Below, in pieces: positions 8,127 through 16,863 of a stretch of DNA of 64,000 nucleotides (within the stretch, counting starts at the first letter, position 1; every line of letters starts with the position of its first letter). Origin of the DNA: an uncultured Chloroflexia bacterium (lineage in GTDB: Bacteria > Chloroflexota > Limnocylindria > Limnocylindrales > CSP1-4); the NCBI GenBank assembly GCA_963833225.1, contig CAWHXD010000017.1:328955-392954 (forward strand), in the 5' to 3' direction. The notes beneath the pieces were generated by a model that made no database searches, was not told the DNA's origin, and saw only the letters and a program-made list of their open reading frames with translations. The translations under genes were made by a program, and so were the position numbers.

Positions 8127-11125
8127 TGGGCATCCACTTCGAGGCACCGCTGGCGCTGCTGCTCCTGCCGCCCCTGGTGGCACTGGTGGTGATCCTCCAC
8201 CTGTCGTCCCGACGCCGGCTTGGCGTTGGCCGGCGCAGAGCAGCCCTGGCGGTTCGATGGCTGCTGCTCTCGGTCCTCGTGTTCGCTCTCGCGGGATTCC
8301 AGCTTGTGCTGCCGGTGGACCGGCTGGCCGTGGTGTACGTCGTGGACGTGTCGGACTCCGTGGGCACGGCTGGCCGCGAGGAGGCCCTCGCATACCTCCG
8401 CGAGAGCCTCGCGGCCAAGCGGGACGAGGACGTGGCGGGGATCGTCGCGTTCGGTGGCGACGCGCTGGTTGAGCGGCTCCCGGCCGAGCTCTCCGAGATC
8501 GACCGGATCGCCTCGACGCCGGTCCGCAGCGCGACGGACATCGGCGCGGCCCTCCGCCTGGCCGGCGCGCTGTTCCCCGATGACGCCCAGAAGCGGATCG
8601 TCCTGCTGTCCGATGGCAACGACACGACGGGGTCCGGCCAGACGGAGGCGGCCCTCGCGGCCGCGCGCGGGATCCAGGTCCAGACGCACCTGACCGGCCT
8701 CGCCGGCGCCGACGAGGTGCTCGTCGAGCGGCTGACGGCCCCGTCGACGGCACACCTCGGCGAGCAGGTGCAGGTCAGCGCGGACATCACGTCCACGGTC
8801 GCCCAGCCCGCGACCGCACGCCTGTACGTGAACGGCGAGCTGGCCGCGACCCAGCCGCTGGACCTCGCGGCGGGCGCCAACCGGGTCGACTTCGAGTTCA
8901 CCGCCAAGGACGCCGGCTTCCTCCGGTTCCGGGTCGTCGTGGAGGCGGCGCGCGACACCTTCAACCAGAACGACCGTGCCGACGCCAACACGATCGTCAA
9001 GGGTGAGCCGCGCGTGCTGGTCGTCAAGGGCGACGAGGACGTCGCCCAGCAGCTGGTGGCGGCGCTCGAGACGGAGCGCCAGACGGTCGCCACCGTGATC
9101 CCGGAGGCGATGCCCGCCGACCTCGCCGGCCTCGCCGACTACGACTCCATCGTGCTCGTGGACGTGCCTCGGCTGCGGCTGACGGACACGCAGCTCACGG
9201 CGCTCCAGGTGTACGTGCGGGACCTCGGCCGGGGCCTGGTGACCATCGGCGGCCCGCAGGCGTACGGCGCCGGTGGCTACACGGACACACCGCTGGAGGA
9301 GACGCTGCCCGTCGACATGGGCGTGCGCGACCGGACCAAGCAGCCCGATGTCGCCCTGGTGGTCGTGATCGACAAGTCGGGGTCCATGGACGCGTGCCAC
9401 TGCAACAGCTTCAACGGCGGGATGGGCGGCGGTTCGGGGATCGCGGGCGTCCGCAAGGTCGACATCGGCAAGGAAGCGATCCTGCGCGCCGCCTCCGCCC
9501 TGACCGCCCGCGACGAGTTCGGCGTCGTCGCCTTCGACGAGCAGGCGCACTGGGTCATCAAGACCGCGCCGCTGGGCGGGATCACCGACATCGCGGGCGC
9601 GATCAGCGGGATCCAGCCACTGGGCCAGACCAACATCTTCTCGGGCCTGGACACCGCGGTGCAGGCCCTCAAGTCGGCGACCGCGACCCGCCGTCACATC
9701 ATCCTGCTCACGGACGGCTGGTCATCGAGCGGCCAGTACGACGACATCCTGGCCCAGATGAAGGCCGCCGGCATCACGCTCTCGACGGTGGGCGCGGGCG
9801 GCGGTGCGAACCCATTCCTCGAGCAGCTCGCGAGGGCTGGCGGCGGCCGCTTCTACGCCGCCGTCAACCCGGCGTCCATCCCCGACATCTTCCTCAAGGA
9901 GACGCAGCAGGTCTCGGGGCAGCAGATCGTGGAGGAGCCGTTCTTCCCGATCAAGACCTCCAGCTCGCCGATCCTGCGCGGGATCGACGGGGGGCTGCCG
10001 AGCCTGCTGGGATACAACGGCACGACCGCCAAGCCGGCGGCCCAGACCGTGCTCGTCACGGCGCGCGATGATCCGCTCCTCGCGCAGTGGCAGTACGGCC
10101 TGGGGCGGGCCGTCGCCTGGACCTCGGACTCGACCGGGCGCTGGGCCAAGAGCTGGATCGGCTGGGCCGGCTTCTCCCAGTTCTTCAGCCAGATGGTGGG
10201 CTGGACGTTCCCGGGCGAGGAGAGCGGCGGCATCGAGGCCGCCTTCGTGGATCGCGGCGGCCGTCCCTACCTGCGGGTGGAGAGCGTCAACGCCGACGGC
10301 TCGGCACGCGACTTCTACGCGACACGGGTGGCGCTCGTGGGTCCGGACCTCGAGCCGGCCGCGGTGGACCTGTCCCAGGTGGCGCCAGGCGTGTACGAGG
10401 CGCCCGTCGCCTCGCTCCAGAGCGGCGCCTACGCCGTCCGCGTGACCCAGACGAAGCCCGGTGCTGCGGCCCTGGGCCGGACGCTCGGGCTGGTGGCTCC
10501 CACGCCGGCCGAGTACCGGCTGCTGGGCGCCAACGAGCCGCTCCTGGCAGCCATCCGGTCCGCGACGGGTGGGACCGAGGTCACCACCCCGGCCGCCGTG
10601 TGGGTCCACGACCTGCGGACGACGAGCCGGTATACCGACACCTGGCCGTGGCTGCTGGTCCTGGCCCTGGTGCTCTGGCCGCTGGACATCGCGCTGCGGC
10701 GTGTCTCGATGGGCCGGCGGGAGATGGCCGATGCACGGCGCTCGATCGCGGAACGCGTCCGGGGACGGCGCGTCGCCCCACGCAGCGTGACGTCGGCGTC
10801 GATGCTCGCCGCGCGAGGGCGGGCCGGGTCGGCGGGTGCCCGCTCCGCGATCCTGCGCGAGGCGGCGTCCGGGGTCGAGCCGGTGGTTCCGACCCCCGTG
10901 GCCCCGGTGCCTCCGGCTTCGGCGGCTCCGGACGCGGCGGCTCCGGCGCAGGGACCTGTGACTCCGGCTTCAAGCGAACCGCCGCCGCCCCCAGGCGCGG
11001 TGACGCCTCTGCCACCGCCCCCCACCGGCACGGCTCCCCCATCCCCGCCCGCGGCCCCGGCCCAAGCCACCGCCGACGACACGCTCGCCCGGCTGCGCGA
11101 AGCGAAGCGCCGATCCCGCTCGTGA
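8126..11125 (+). CDS. Double-vWA protein with glutamine amidotransferase-like domain
   Basis: TGATG coupling; MIDAS DVSDS and DKSGS, LLSDG/LLTDG, GGPQAYGAGGY..LEETLPV, PLLAQWQYGLGRAVAWTSD; Pro/Ala tail. Confidence 0.9.
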   Translation: MGIHFEAPLALLLLPPLVALVVILHLSSRRRLGVGRRRAALAVRWLLLSVLVFALAGFQLVLPVDRLAVVYVVDVSDSVGTAGREEALAYLRESLAAKRDEDVAGIVAFGGDALVERLPAELSEIDRIASTPVRSATDIGAALRLAGALFPDDAQKRIVLLSDGNDTTGSGQTEAALAAARGIQVQTHLTGLAGADEVLVERLTAPSTAHLGEQVQVSADITSTVAQPATARLYVNGELAATQPLDLAAGANRVDFEFTAKDAGFLRFRVVVEAARDTFNQNDRADANTIVKGEPRVLVVKGDEDVAQQLVAALETERQTVATVIPEAMPADLAGLADYDSIVLVDVPRLRLTDTQLTALQVYVRDLGRGLVTIGGPQAYGAGGYTDTPLEETLPVDMGVRDRTKQPDVALVVVIDKSGSMDACHCNSFNGGMGGGSGIAGVRKVDIGKEAILRAASALTARDEFGVVAFDEQAHWVIKTAPLGGITDIAGAISGIQPLGQTNIFSGLDTAVQALKSATATRRHIILLTDGWSSSGQYDDILAQMKAAGITLSTVGAGGGANPFLEQLARAGGGRFYAAVNPASIPDIFLKETQQVSGQQIVEEPFFPIKTSSSPILRGIDGGLPSLLGYNGTTAKPAAQTVLVTARDDPLLAQWQYGLGRAVAWTSDSTGRWAKSWIGWAGFSQFFSQMVGWTFPGEESGGIEAAFVDRGGRPYLRVESVNADGSARDFYATRVALVGPDLEPAAVDLSQVAPGVYEAPVASLQSGAYAVRVTQTKPGAAALGRTLGLVAPTPAEYRLLGANEPLLAAIRSATGGTEVTTPAAVWVHDLRTTSRYTDTWPWLLVLALVLWPLDIALRRVSMGRREMADARRSIAERVRGRRVAPRSVTSASMLAARGRAGSAGARSAILREAASGVEPVVPTPVAPVPPASAAPDAAAPAQGPVTPASSEPPPPPGAVTPLPPPPTGTAPPSPPAAPAQATADDTLARLREAKRRSRS

Positions 11126-11231
11126 TACAACCCTCACGCACGTGGCCCGCCCTCCCCCGTCGGGGTCTCTGGCAGGATGGGGCCCGCGGGACGGTGCCGG
11201 GATCCGGTGGCTGGAAAGGGAGATCGAAGGC

Positions 11232-12089
11232 ATGACAGACCAGGAGACGATGCGTCGAACACGCCGAGCGGTGCTCGGTGCCGCCCTCGGTGGCGCGGCC
11301 GCCGTCGCTGCGGGCTCGCTCCGGCCACTCGAGGTGCGGGCCGCCGATGGCGGCAATGCGCTCCTCGGCCAGGCGAACGAGTCGACGGCCCAGACGAGCT
11401 TCGAGAACACCGATCCAGGCGAGCCGTCGCTGGTTGGGATCCAGGCCTCGGGCGGCATCGGCGTGGTGGGCTCGTCCATCGGCGGCGCGGGCGTCCACGG
11501 GTCCTCCGATGGCAAGTCGGGGGTGTGGGGAACCTCCGGGGAGCAGGCCGGCGTGTGGGGCAGCTCCGGGGAGGACAGCCTGGCGACCGTCGAGCCCGGC
11601 GAGACCGGCGTGTACGGGTACGCCAACACCTCGATCTACTCCAACGGCGTGTGGGGCGATTCCATCGACGGCGCCGGCCTCTACGGAACCGGCTACTACG
11701 GCCTGTACGCGCTGGGTGGCATCGCGGTCCAGGGTGACTCCGGGCCGAGCGGCGTCGGGGTGTACGGCTGGACGGGCAACGCCGCCCCGCCCACCCCATC
11801 CGCGGGCGTGGGCGTCTACGCCAGGGCCGAGACCAACGATGAGACCGCGCTCCAGGTGGTCGGCAAGCTCAAGTTCAACCGGTCCGGCACCCGCAGCATG
11901 AAGACTTCCAGGAAGACCTTCCCGTACAACGGCATGACCTCGAGCTCGCAGGTGTTCGCGGTCCTGCAGACGAACCGGTCCGGCGTGTACATCCGGTCCG
12001 TCAAGCCGCAGAGGGACCAGTTCACGGTGCGCCTCTCCAAGTCGCCGGGCAAGAAGGTGACGTTCAGCTTCATCGTCATCAACGGGTAG
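11232..12089 (+). CDS. Putative Tat-exported glycine-rich repeat protein
   Basis: TRRAVLG twin-arginine signal, repeated GVxG motifs, basic C-terminal domain; GAAGG RBS. Confidence 0.75.
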   Translation: MTDQETMRRTRRAVLGAALGGAAAVAAGSLRPLEVRAADGGNALLGQANESTAQTSFENTDPGEPSLVGIQASGGIGVVGSSIGGAGVHGSSDGKSGVWGTSGEQAGVWGSSGEDSLATVEPGETGVYGYANTSIYSNGVWGDSIDGAGLYGTGYYGLYALGGIAVQGDSGPSGVGVYGWTGNAAPPTPSAGVGVYARAETNDETALQVVGKLKFNRSGTRSMKTSRKTFPYNGMTSSSQVFAVLQTNRSGVYIRSVKPQRDQFTVRLSKSPGKKVTFSFIVING

Positions 12090-12361
12090 CGGCCATGCAG
12101 CGAACCGCATCGGCGCGATCCAAGCCCGCGATCCGGGACCAGTCGAAGGGACTTCGCGTACCGTCCGAGTCCCTTCGGTCGAGGAGCGCGATCCACCCAG
12201 CCAACGCCAAGGCGCCCCGCGGGTCCAGCGGGAGCCCCGGCCAGGCACGGAAGCTGGGCGGTGTGCGCCCCGCGAGTGAGCCCGAGCCGGGCGCCTGACA
12301 ATTTCGCCTGGTCGTGCGCCAGCGCCCCCCCCGCGGGCGCTGGTGCTAGCCTCCGGCTGAC

Positions 12362-12823
12362 ATGGCACTCCGCACGGCCAGCCTCGCCAAGCTGATCCTC
12401 GCGGCCGCGCTCCTCGGCGGGTGCGGCACGATCTCCACGACGCCGCCACCGGCGACGCCGACGGACTTCCCCGGGCTCGCCGGGCGACTCAACGCCGCCG
12501 GGATCAAGGTTGCGGACTGGGTGTCCGGGGAGGCCGGCTGCAACGACACTGAGCTGCGCAAGACCGCGATCCGGTTCGAGGCCCACGGCCTGGACCAGGC
12601 GACGCCGGTGACGCTCTACCTCTACGTGTTCCGCAACCGTGATGCGTTCGAACGAAACCGTGCATCCATCGGGCCTTGCGCCGCCGCCTACGTGACCGAC
12701 CCGGACACGTTCGAGGAGATCGAGCAGTCGCCGTACGTCCTGACCAGCCAGGGACCGTGGGCGACGGGGTTCGAGGCCGCGCTGCGGGCGACCCTGGAGA
12801 CCGCGGCGGGCACCGGGGGCTAG
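12362..12823 (+). CDS. Putative lipoprotein
   Basis: Signal peptide with lipobox LLGG-C; coding-like codon bias. Confidence 0.75.
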   Translation: MALRTASLAKLILAAALLGGCGTISTTPPPATPTDFPGLAGRLNAAGIKVADWVSGEAGCNDTELRKTAIRFEAHGLDQATPVTLYLYVFRNRDAFERNRASIGPCAAAYVTDPDTFEEIEQSPYVLTSQGPWATGFEAALRATLETAAGTGG

Positions 12824-13059
12824 GCCAGGCGCGGACCTCGCGGCGGCGCGGGCCGTCCTGCTCGGCGGGCGAACGAACATCCCCAGCGCCAGCGGACCGC
12901 ACCCCAGCCCACCGGACCGTGGCCCGCGGGTCAGGGGCGAGTACTGGCGCGGACCACACCCGACCGCACCCGACTCAACCGGGACCCTGACCGTCCTCTC
13001 ACGGAGCGAAGGACAACCGGGCCGTCGTTCCGGGACCGGGCTGCGCAGATGCTCTGGGC

Positions 13060-13896
13060 ATGGACCTCTCTCCCCGCTCGCGTCGAGCCCTCGCCACCGT
13101 CCTCGCGCTGGTGCTCGCGGCGGAGACGCTATCGGCCGTCGCCGTGGCAGCCGCCCCGCGGATCGTCACACATTCGCTGCCCGCGCAACCCGCGGCCGGC
13201 GTGGTGCTCGCCGCCGAGACGGTGCCCGGACCCGCCCTGGGGCCCGTCGAACCCCTGTCCTGGGCACGCGCCGACGACGAGCCCGATATCCCGAGACTGT
13301 CCACGCTCCTGGTCAACCAGGCGGCGGCAGCGGCGGCCGCGGAGGAGGCCGGTGCATCCGACGGCGAGTCCGGGGCACGGGATCGCTCGACCGGCTCGTC
13401 CACCAAGGACACCGCGAAGGCGAAGGCGAAGGCGAAGGCGAAGCGGAAGGCGGCGTCCAAGGACGATCAGGCCGACCGCCAGTCCAGCCCGTCCTACTCC
13501 GGCACCAATCACGTCTGGATCCCATCGCTGGGCATCAGCCGGTCGACCCGCTGGTTCCCGTGCGATCGGCAGCGCCCGCCCGACAACTACATGTACCGCT
13601 GGGGCTGCGCCGGGACGAACAACGTCTACCTCATGGGCCACGCGTACAGCGTGATGAAGCCCCTTCACGACGCCTACGTGAGCGGGCGGCTGCGCAAGGG
13701 AACCAAGGCCTGGTATGCCGATCCGAACGGGAAGGTGCACGTCTACGCCGTCCGCTGGTGGAAGGTCACCCTTCCGACGACCGACGCCGCGTGGGCCTGG
13801 GCTGCCCAGGCTGTGCCGTCGATGACGCTCCAGACGTGCGTTGGCAAGAACAGCAAGTACCGGCTGATGGTCCGCCTCGTCGAGGTCAAGAAGTAG
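13060..13896 (+). CDS. Sortase-like protein (class F-like)
   Basis: N-terminal hydrophobic anchor; WIPSLGI, catalytic-triad pattern LMGH...TLQTC...YRLMV. Confidence 0.8.
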   Translation: MDLSPRSRRALATVLALVLAAETLSAVAVAAAPRIVTHSLPAQPAAGVVLAAETVPGPALGPVEPLSWARADDEPDIPRLSTLLVNQAAAAAAAEEAGASDGESGARDRSTGSSTKDTAKAKAKAKAKRKAASKDDQADRQSSPSYSGTNHVWIPSLGISRSTRWFPCDRQRPPDNYMYRWGCAGTNNVYLMGHAYSVMKPLHDAYVSGRLRKGTKAWYADPNGKVHVYAVRWWKVTLPTTDAAWAWAAQAVPSMTLQTCVGKNSKYRLMVRLVEVKK

Positions 13897-13951
13897 CCTC
13901 GAGACCGGCGGCACGACGCTTTCGCCGCGTTCTTGCTAGCCTCAGCCCCGC

Positions 13952-14629
13952 ATGTCCGAGCCTGCCGTCCCGCCCACCCCTCCCGCTCCCAGCGCGTCGG
14001 TGCTGCGACGCGCGATCCTCGTGCACCTGCGCCGCAGCGGCCCCTCATCTCCCGACACGATCGCCACCGCCATCGGCGCAAGCCGCAGCGGCGTCGCGCA
14101 GCAGCTGCGAGCTCTCGACACCGCTGGGCTGGTGACCCGGGCCTCCATGCGTCACGGCGTGGGCAGACCGCGCCATCTCTACGACGTCACGGCCGATGCG
14201 CAGGACCTGTTCCCTTCCAACTATGACGGCCTCGCCACCGGGCTCCTGGCCGCGATCCTCGAGGTCGGGGGCGAGACCCTTGTCGAGGACGTGTTCGCGG
14301 CACGCCGGCGGCAGGCCCAGGCGCACCTTCGTGGACGATTGGTCGAGCGGCTGCCGGCCGATGCCCCGCTCGAGCACCGGGTGCGTGAGCTCGCCCGGCT
14401 CCAGGACGAGCTGGGCTACATCTCGGAGGCGCGAGTCGACCCCGACGGGATCCGGCTGCTTGAGCACAACTGCGCAGTGCTGGACGTGGCCCGGGGCAAT
14501 CCCGCGGCCTGCCGGGCGGAGCTCGACCTGTTCCGCGAGGTCCTGGGCACCGAGGTCACGCGCGAGCGCCACATCGCGACGGGAGACCGATGCTGCGAGT
14601 ACCGGATCGGCAGCCCGACCCCCTCGTAG
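13952..14629 (+). CDS. ArsR/SufR-like HTH transcriptional regulator with Cys-rich C-terminus
   Basis: wHTH with GVGRPRHLY, FPSNY, HNC-X12-C and DRCCEY. Confidence 0.85.
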   Translation: MSEPAVPPTPPAPSASVLRRAILVHLRRSGPSSPDTIATAIGASRSGVAQQLRALDTAGLVTRASMRHGVGRPRHLYDVTADAQDLFPSNYDGLATGLLAAILEVGGETLVEDVFAARRRQAQAHLRGRLVERLPADAPLEHRVRELARLQDELGYISEARVDPDGIRLLEHNCAVLDVARGNPAACRAELDLFREVLGTEVTRERHIATGDRCCEYRIGSPTPS

Positions 14630-14662
14630 GGGCCCGTGGTCATGCGCCCCCGTGGGCCGCGG

Positions 14663-15718
14663 TCAGCCCTCCTCGCGCTCCACGACCTCCCGCGGCGCGG
14701 GCTCACGAACGGCGCGGGGCACATCGGACACGTTGGGGACGAAGGACGCGGCAAGCGACGTCGCCGCGATCTGCTCCTGCTCCGAGAGCGACAGGATCCC
14801 CAGGCGGCTGAGGGTGGCGAGCTCGTCGCGGATGTAGGTCCGATTCATCTCGGGACCGTCGGTGCTGATCGCGTAGCGGACCCCGTTGCGCCGGAACTGG
14901 TCAAAGATCCAGCGGAACTCGTCCCAGCCCGATACCACGCCCGTGTTGAGGTTTGACGTGGGGCAGATCTCGAGCACGATGCCCCGCTCGCGGAGCATCG
15001 TCATGGTGTGCGGATCGTAGGCCGCCTTGACCCCGTGCCCGATCCGGTCAGGCTCCAGGATCTCGATGACCCGGGCGACCTCCTCGACCGGACCTGACTC
15101 GCCGGTGTGGACGGTGATCCCAAGCCCGTGCTGCCTCGCTCGTCGGAACAGCCGGCGGTAGTCGGCGACGCGGAAGGTGGCCGACTCGGGGCCCGCGATA
15201 TCGACCCCGACGACCCCGCGGTCACGCCACGCGATGGCCTTCTCCGCGATGATCTCGTTGAGCTCGTAGGGGAACGCGCGGTCGAGGCAGAAGATGAGCC
15301 CGGGCTTGACCGGGTACTCGAGCGTGGCGCGGTCCATGCCGCGGACCGCCGCCGCGATGATGTGGTCGAGATCCTGCTCGCCGCCCCGGTTGCGCTTCAT
15401 CGGGTTGAAGCGCAGCTCCGTGGTCGTGATGTTGTTCTTGCGGTAGGCCCCGCCCACGACCTCGTAGACGGCGCGCTCCACCGCGATCGGGCTGGACTGG
15501 ATGAGCTCCGTCCAGTGGAACAGCTGCAGGTACCCGTCGAAGCTCCGGGCCCGCCTGGGGTGGACCGTGATCAGGTCGCGGAACTCCCAGTAGTCGCGGG
15601 TGGGGAGCTTGATCCCCTGGGCATGGGCGATGGACCACATGATGGCCGGGGTGACGGCCGCACCGAGGTGGCAGTGCAGCTCGGCAAGGGGGATCTTGCG
15701 GCTGATCGTGGAGGGCAT
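14663..15718 (-). CDS. Adenosine deaminase family protein
   Basis: AELHCHLG, ELRFNP, TVHTGE, RIGHG, EICPTSN, STDGP. Confidence 0.9.
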   Translation of the reverse strand: MPSTISRKIPLAELHCHLGAAVTPAIMWSIAHAQGIKLPTRDYWEFRDLITVHPRRARSFDGYLQLFHWTELIQSSPIAVERAVYEVVGGAYRKNNITTTELRFNPMKRNRGGEQDLDHIIAAAVRGMDRATLEYPVKPGLIFCLDRAFPYELNEIIAEKAIAWRDRGVVGVDIAGPESATFRVADYRRLFRRARQHGLGITVHTGESGPVEEVARVIEILEPDRIGHGVKAAYDPHTMTMLRERGIVLEICPTSNLNTGVVSGWDEFRWIFDQFRRNGVRYAISTDGPEMNRTYIRDELATLSRLGILSLSEQEQIAATSLAASFVPNVSDVPRAVREPAPREVVEREEG

Positions 15719-15760
15719 GTGCTGCAGGATATCGCGGGTGTCCCCGGGAGCCGTCCGCGA

Positions 15761-16816
15761 TCAGCCGGTGGCCAGGCCCGGCACGACTCGGCCCTCCGCA
15801 TCGAGGGTGGCGCGGCGGCGCAGGTTGCGCAGCTCGGCGCCCGGCACCTGGTCCCGTGCGTGGTAGCTGGACCGGACCAGCGGGCCCGACTCCACGTGGC
15901 GGAAGCCCATCGCGAGGGCCTCGGTCTTCATCTCCGCGAACTCGTCGGGGTGGTAGTAGCGTTCGAGGGGAAGGTGCTCCGTCGTGGGCCGCAGGTACTG
16001 GCCGATGGTCAGGATGTCGACGTCGACCGCGCGCAGGGCCTCGAACGCCTCGGTCATCTCCCCGCGCGTCTCGCCGAGGCCGACCATCAGGCTGCTCTTG
16101 GTGTGCGCCGCGTTGCCGTACTCGGCCGCATACGCCTTCGCCCGCTCGAGAACGGAGAGCGTGCGATCCCAGCGGGCCCGCTTGCGGACGGGCTGCTGGA
16201 GGCGCTTCACGGTCTCGAGGTTGTGGTTGAGGATGTCCGGCCCGGCGTCCATGACCGTCCGGAGCGGAGCTTCCTCGCCATTGAAGTCCGGGATCAGGAC
16301 CTCGACGCCCATCAGCGGGCTGCGCTCGCGGATCTCGCGGATCGTGGCCGCGAACGCGCCGGCACCACCGTCGGGCAGGTCATCACGGGCGACGCTCGTC
16401 ACCACGACGTGGTCCAGGCGCATGGCGGCGACGGCCTCGGCCACCCGGCGCGGCTCGTCGTCGTCGAACCAGGTCGGCCGGCCGGTCTTGATGGCACAGA
16501 AGCCGCAGGCGCGGGTACAGACGTCACCGAGGATCATGACCGTCGCGGTGCGCTGGTCCCAGCACTCGCCGACGTTGGGGCAGACGGCCTCCTCGCAGAC
16601 CGTGTTGAGGTTGAGGCCGCGCAGGAGCCCCTTGAGGTCGTGGTAGTTGTCGCCCGACGGCATCCGCGACTTGATCCAGTCGGGGTGGCGGCGTGGCGGC
16701 CGGGTGCCGTCCGCCGCCGGCGTGAACGGTCCGCCGCCCATCGCGATGGAGATCGCCGAGGCAGGCGCATGCGCGTGCGCGGGGCTGGGCTCGAAGACGG
16801 GGAGCTCGCGTGCCAT
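15761..16816 (-). CDS. lipA: Lipoyl synthase
   Basis: CEEAVCPNVGEC, CTRACGFC, NHNLETV, GPLVRSSY. Confidence 0.98.
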   Translation of the reverse strand: MARELPVFEPSPAHAHAPASAISIAMGGGPFTPAADGTRPPRRHPDWIKSRMPSGDNYHDLKGLLRGLNLNTVCEEAVCPNVGECWDQRTATVMILGDVCTRACGFCAIKTGRPTWFDDDEPRRVAEAVAAMRLDHVVVTSVARDDLPDGGAGAFAATIREIRERSPLMGVEVLIPDFNGEEAPLRTVMDAGPDILNHNLETVKRLQQPVRKRARWDRTLSVLERAKAYAAEYGNAAHTKSSLMVGLGETRGEMTEAFEALRAVDVDILTIGQYLRPTTEHLPLERYYHPDEFAEMKTEALAMGFRHVESGPLVRSSYHARDQVPGAELRNLRRRATLDAEGRVVPGLATG

Positions 16817-16863
16817 GAAGCGAGTGTACGACGGGTCGGTGGGGTAGGTGGCGGGAGCGGGGG

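Noticed and set aside
12095-12298. 67-aa ORF between the Tat protein and the lipoprotein
   Set aside because: No RBS, motif or coding-like composition; overlaps a hairpin.
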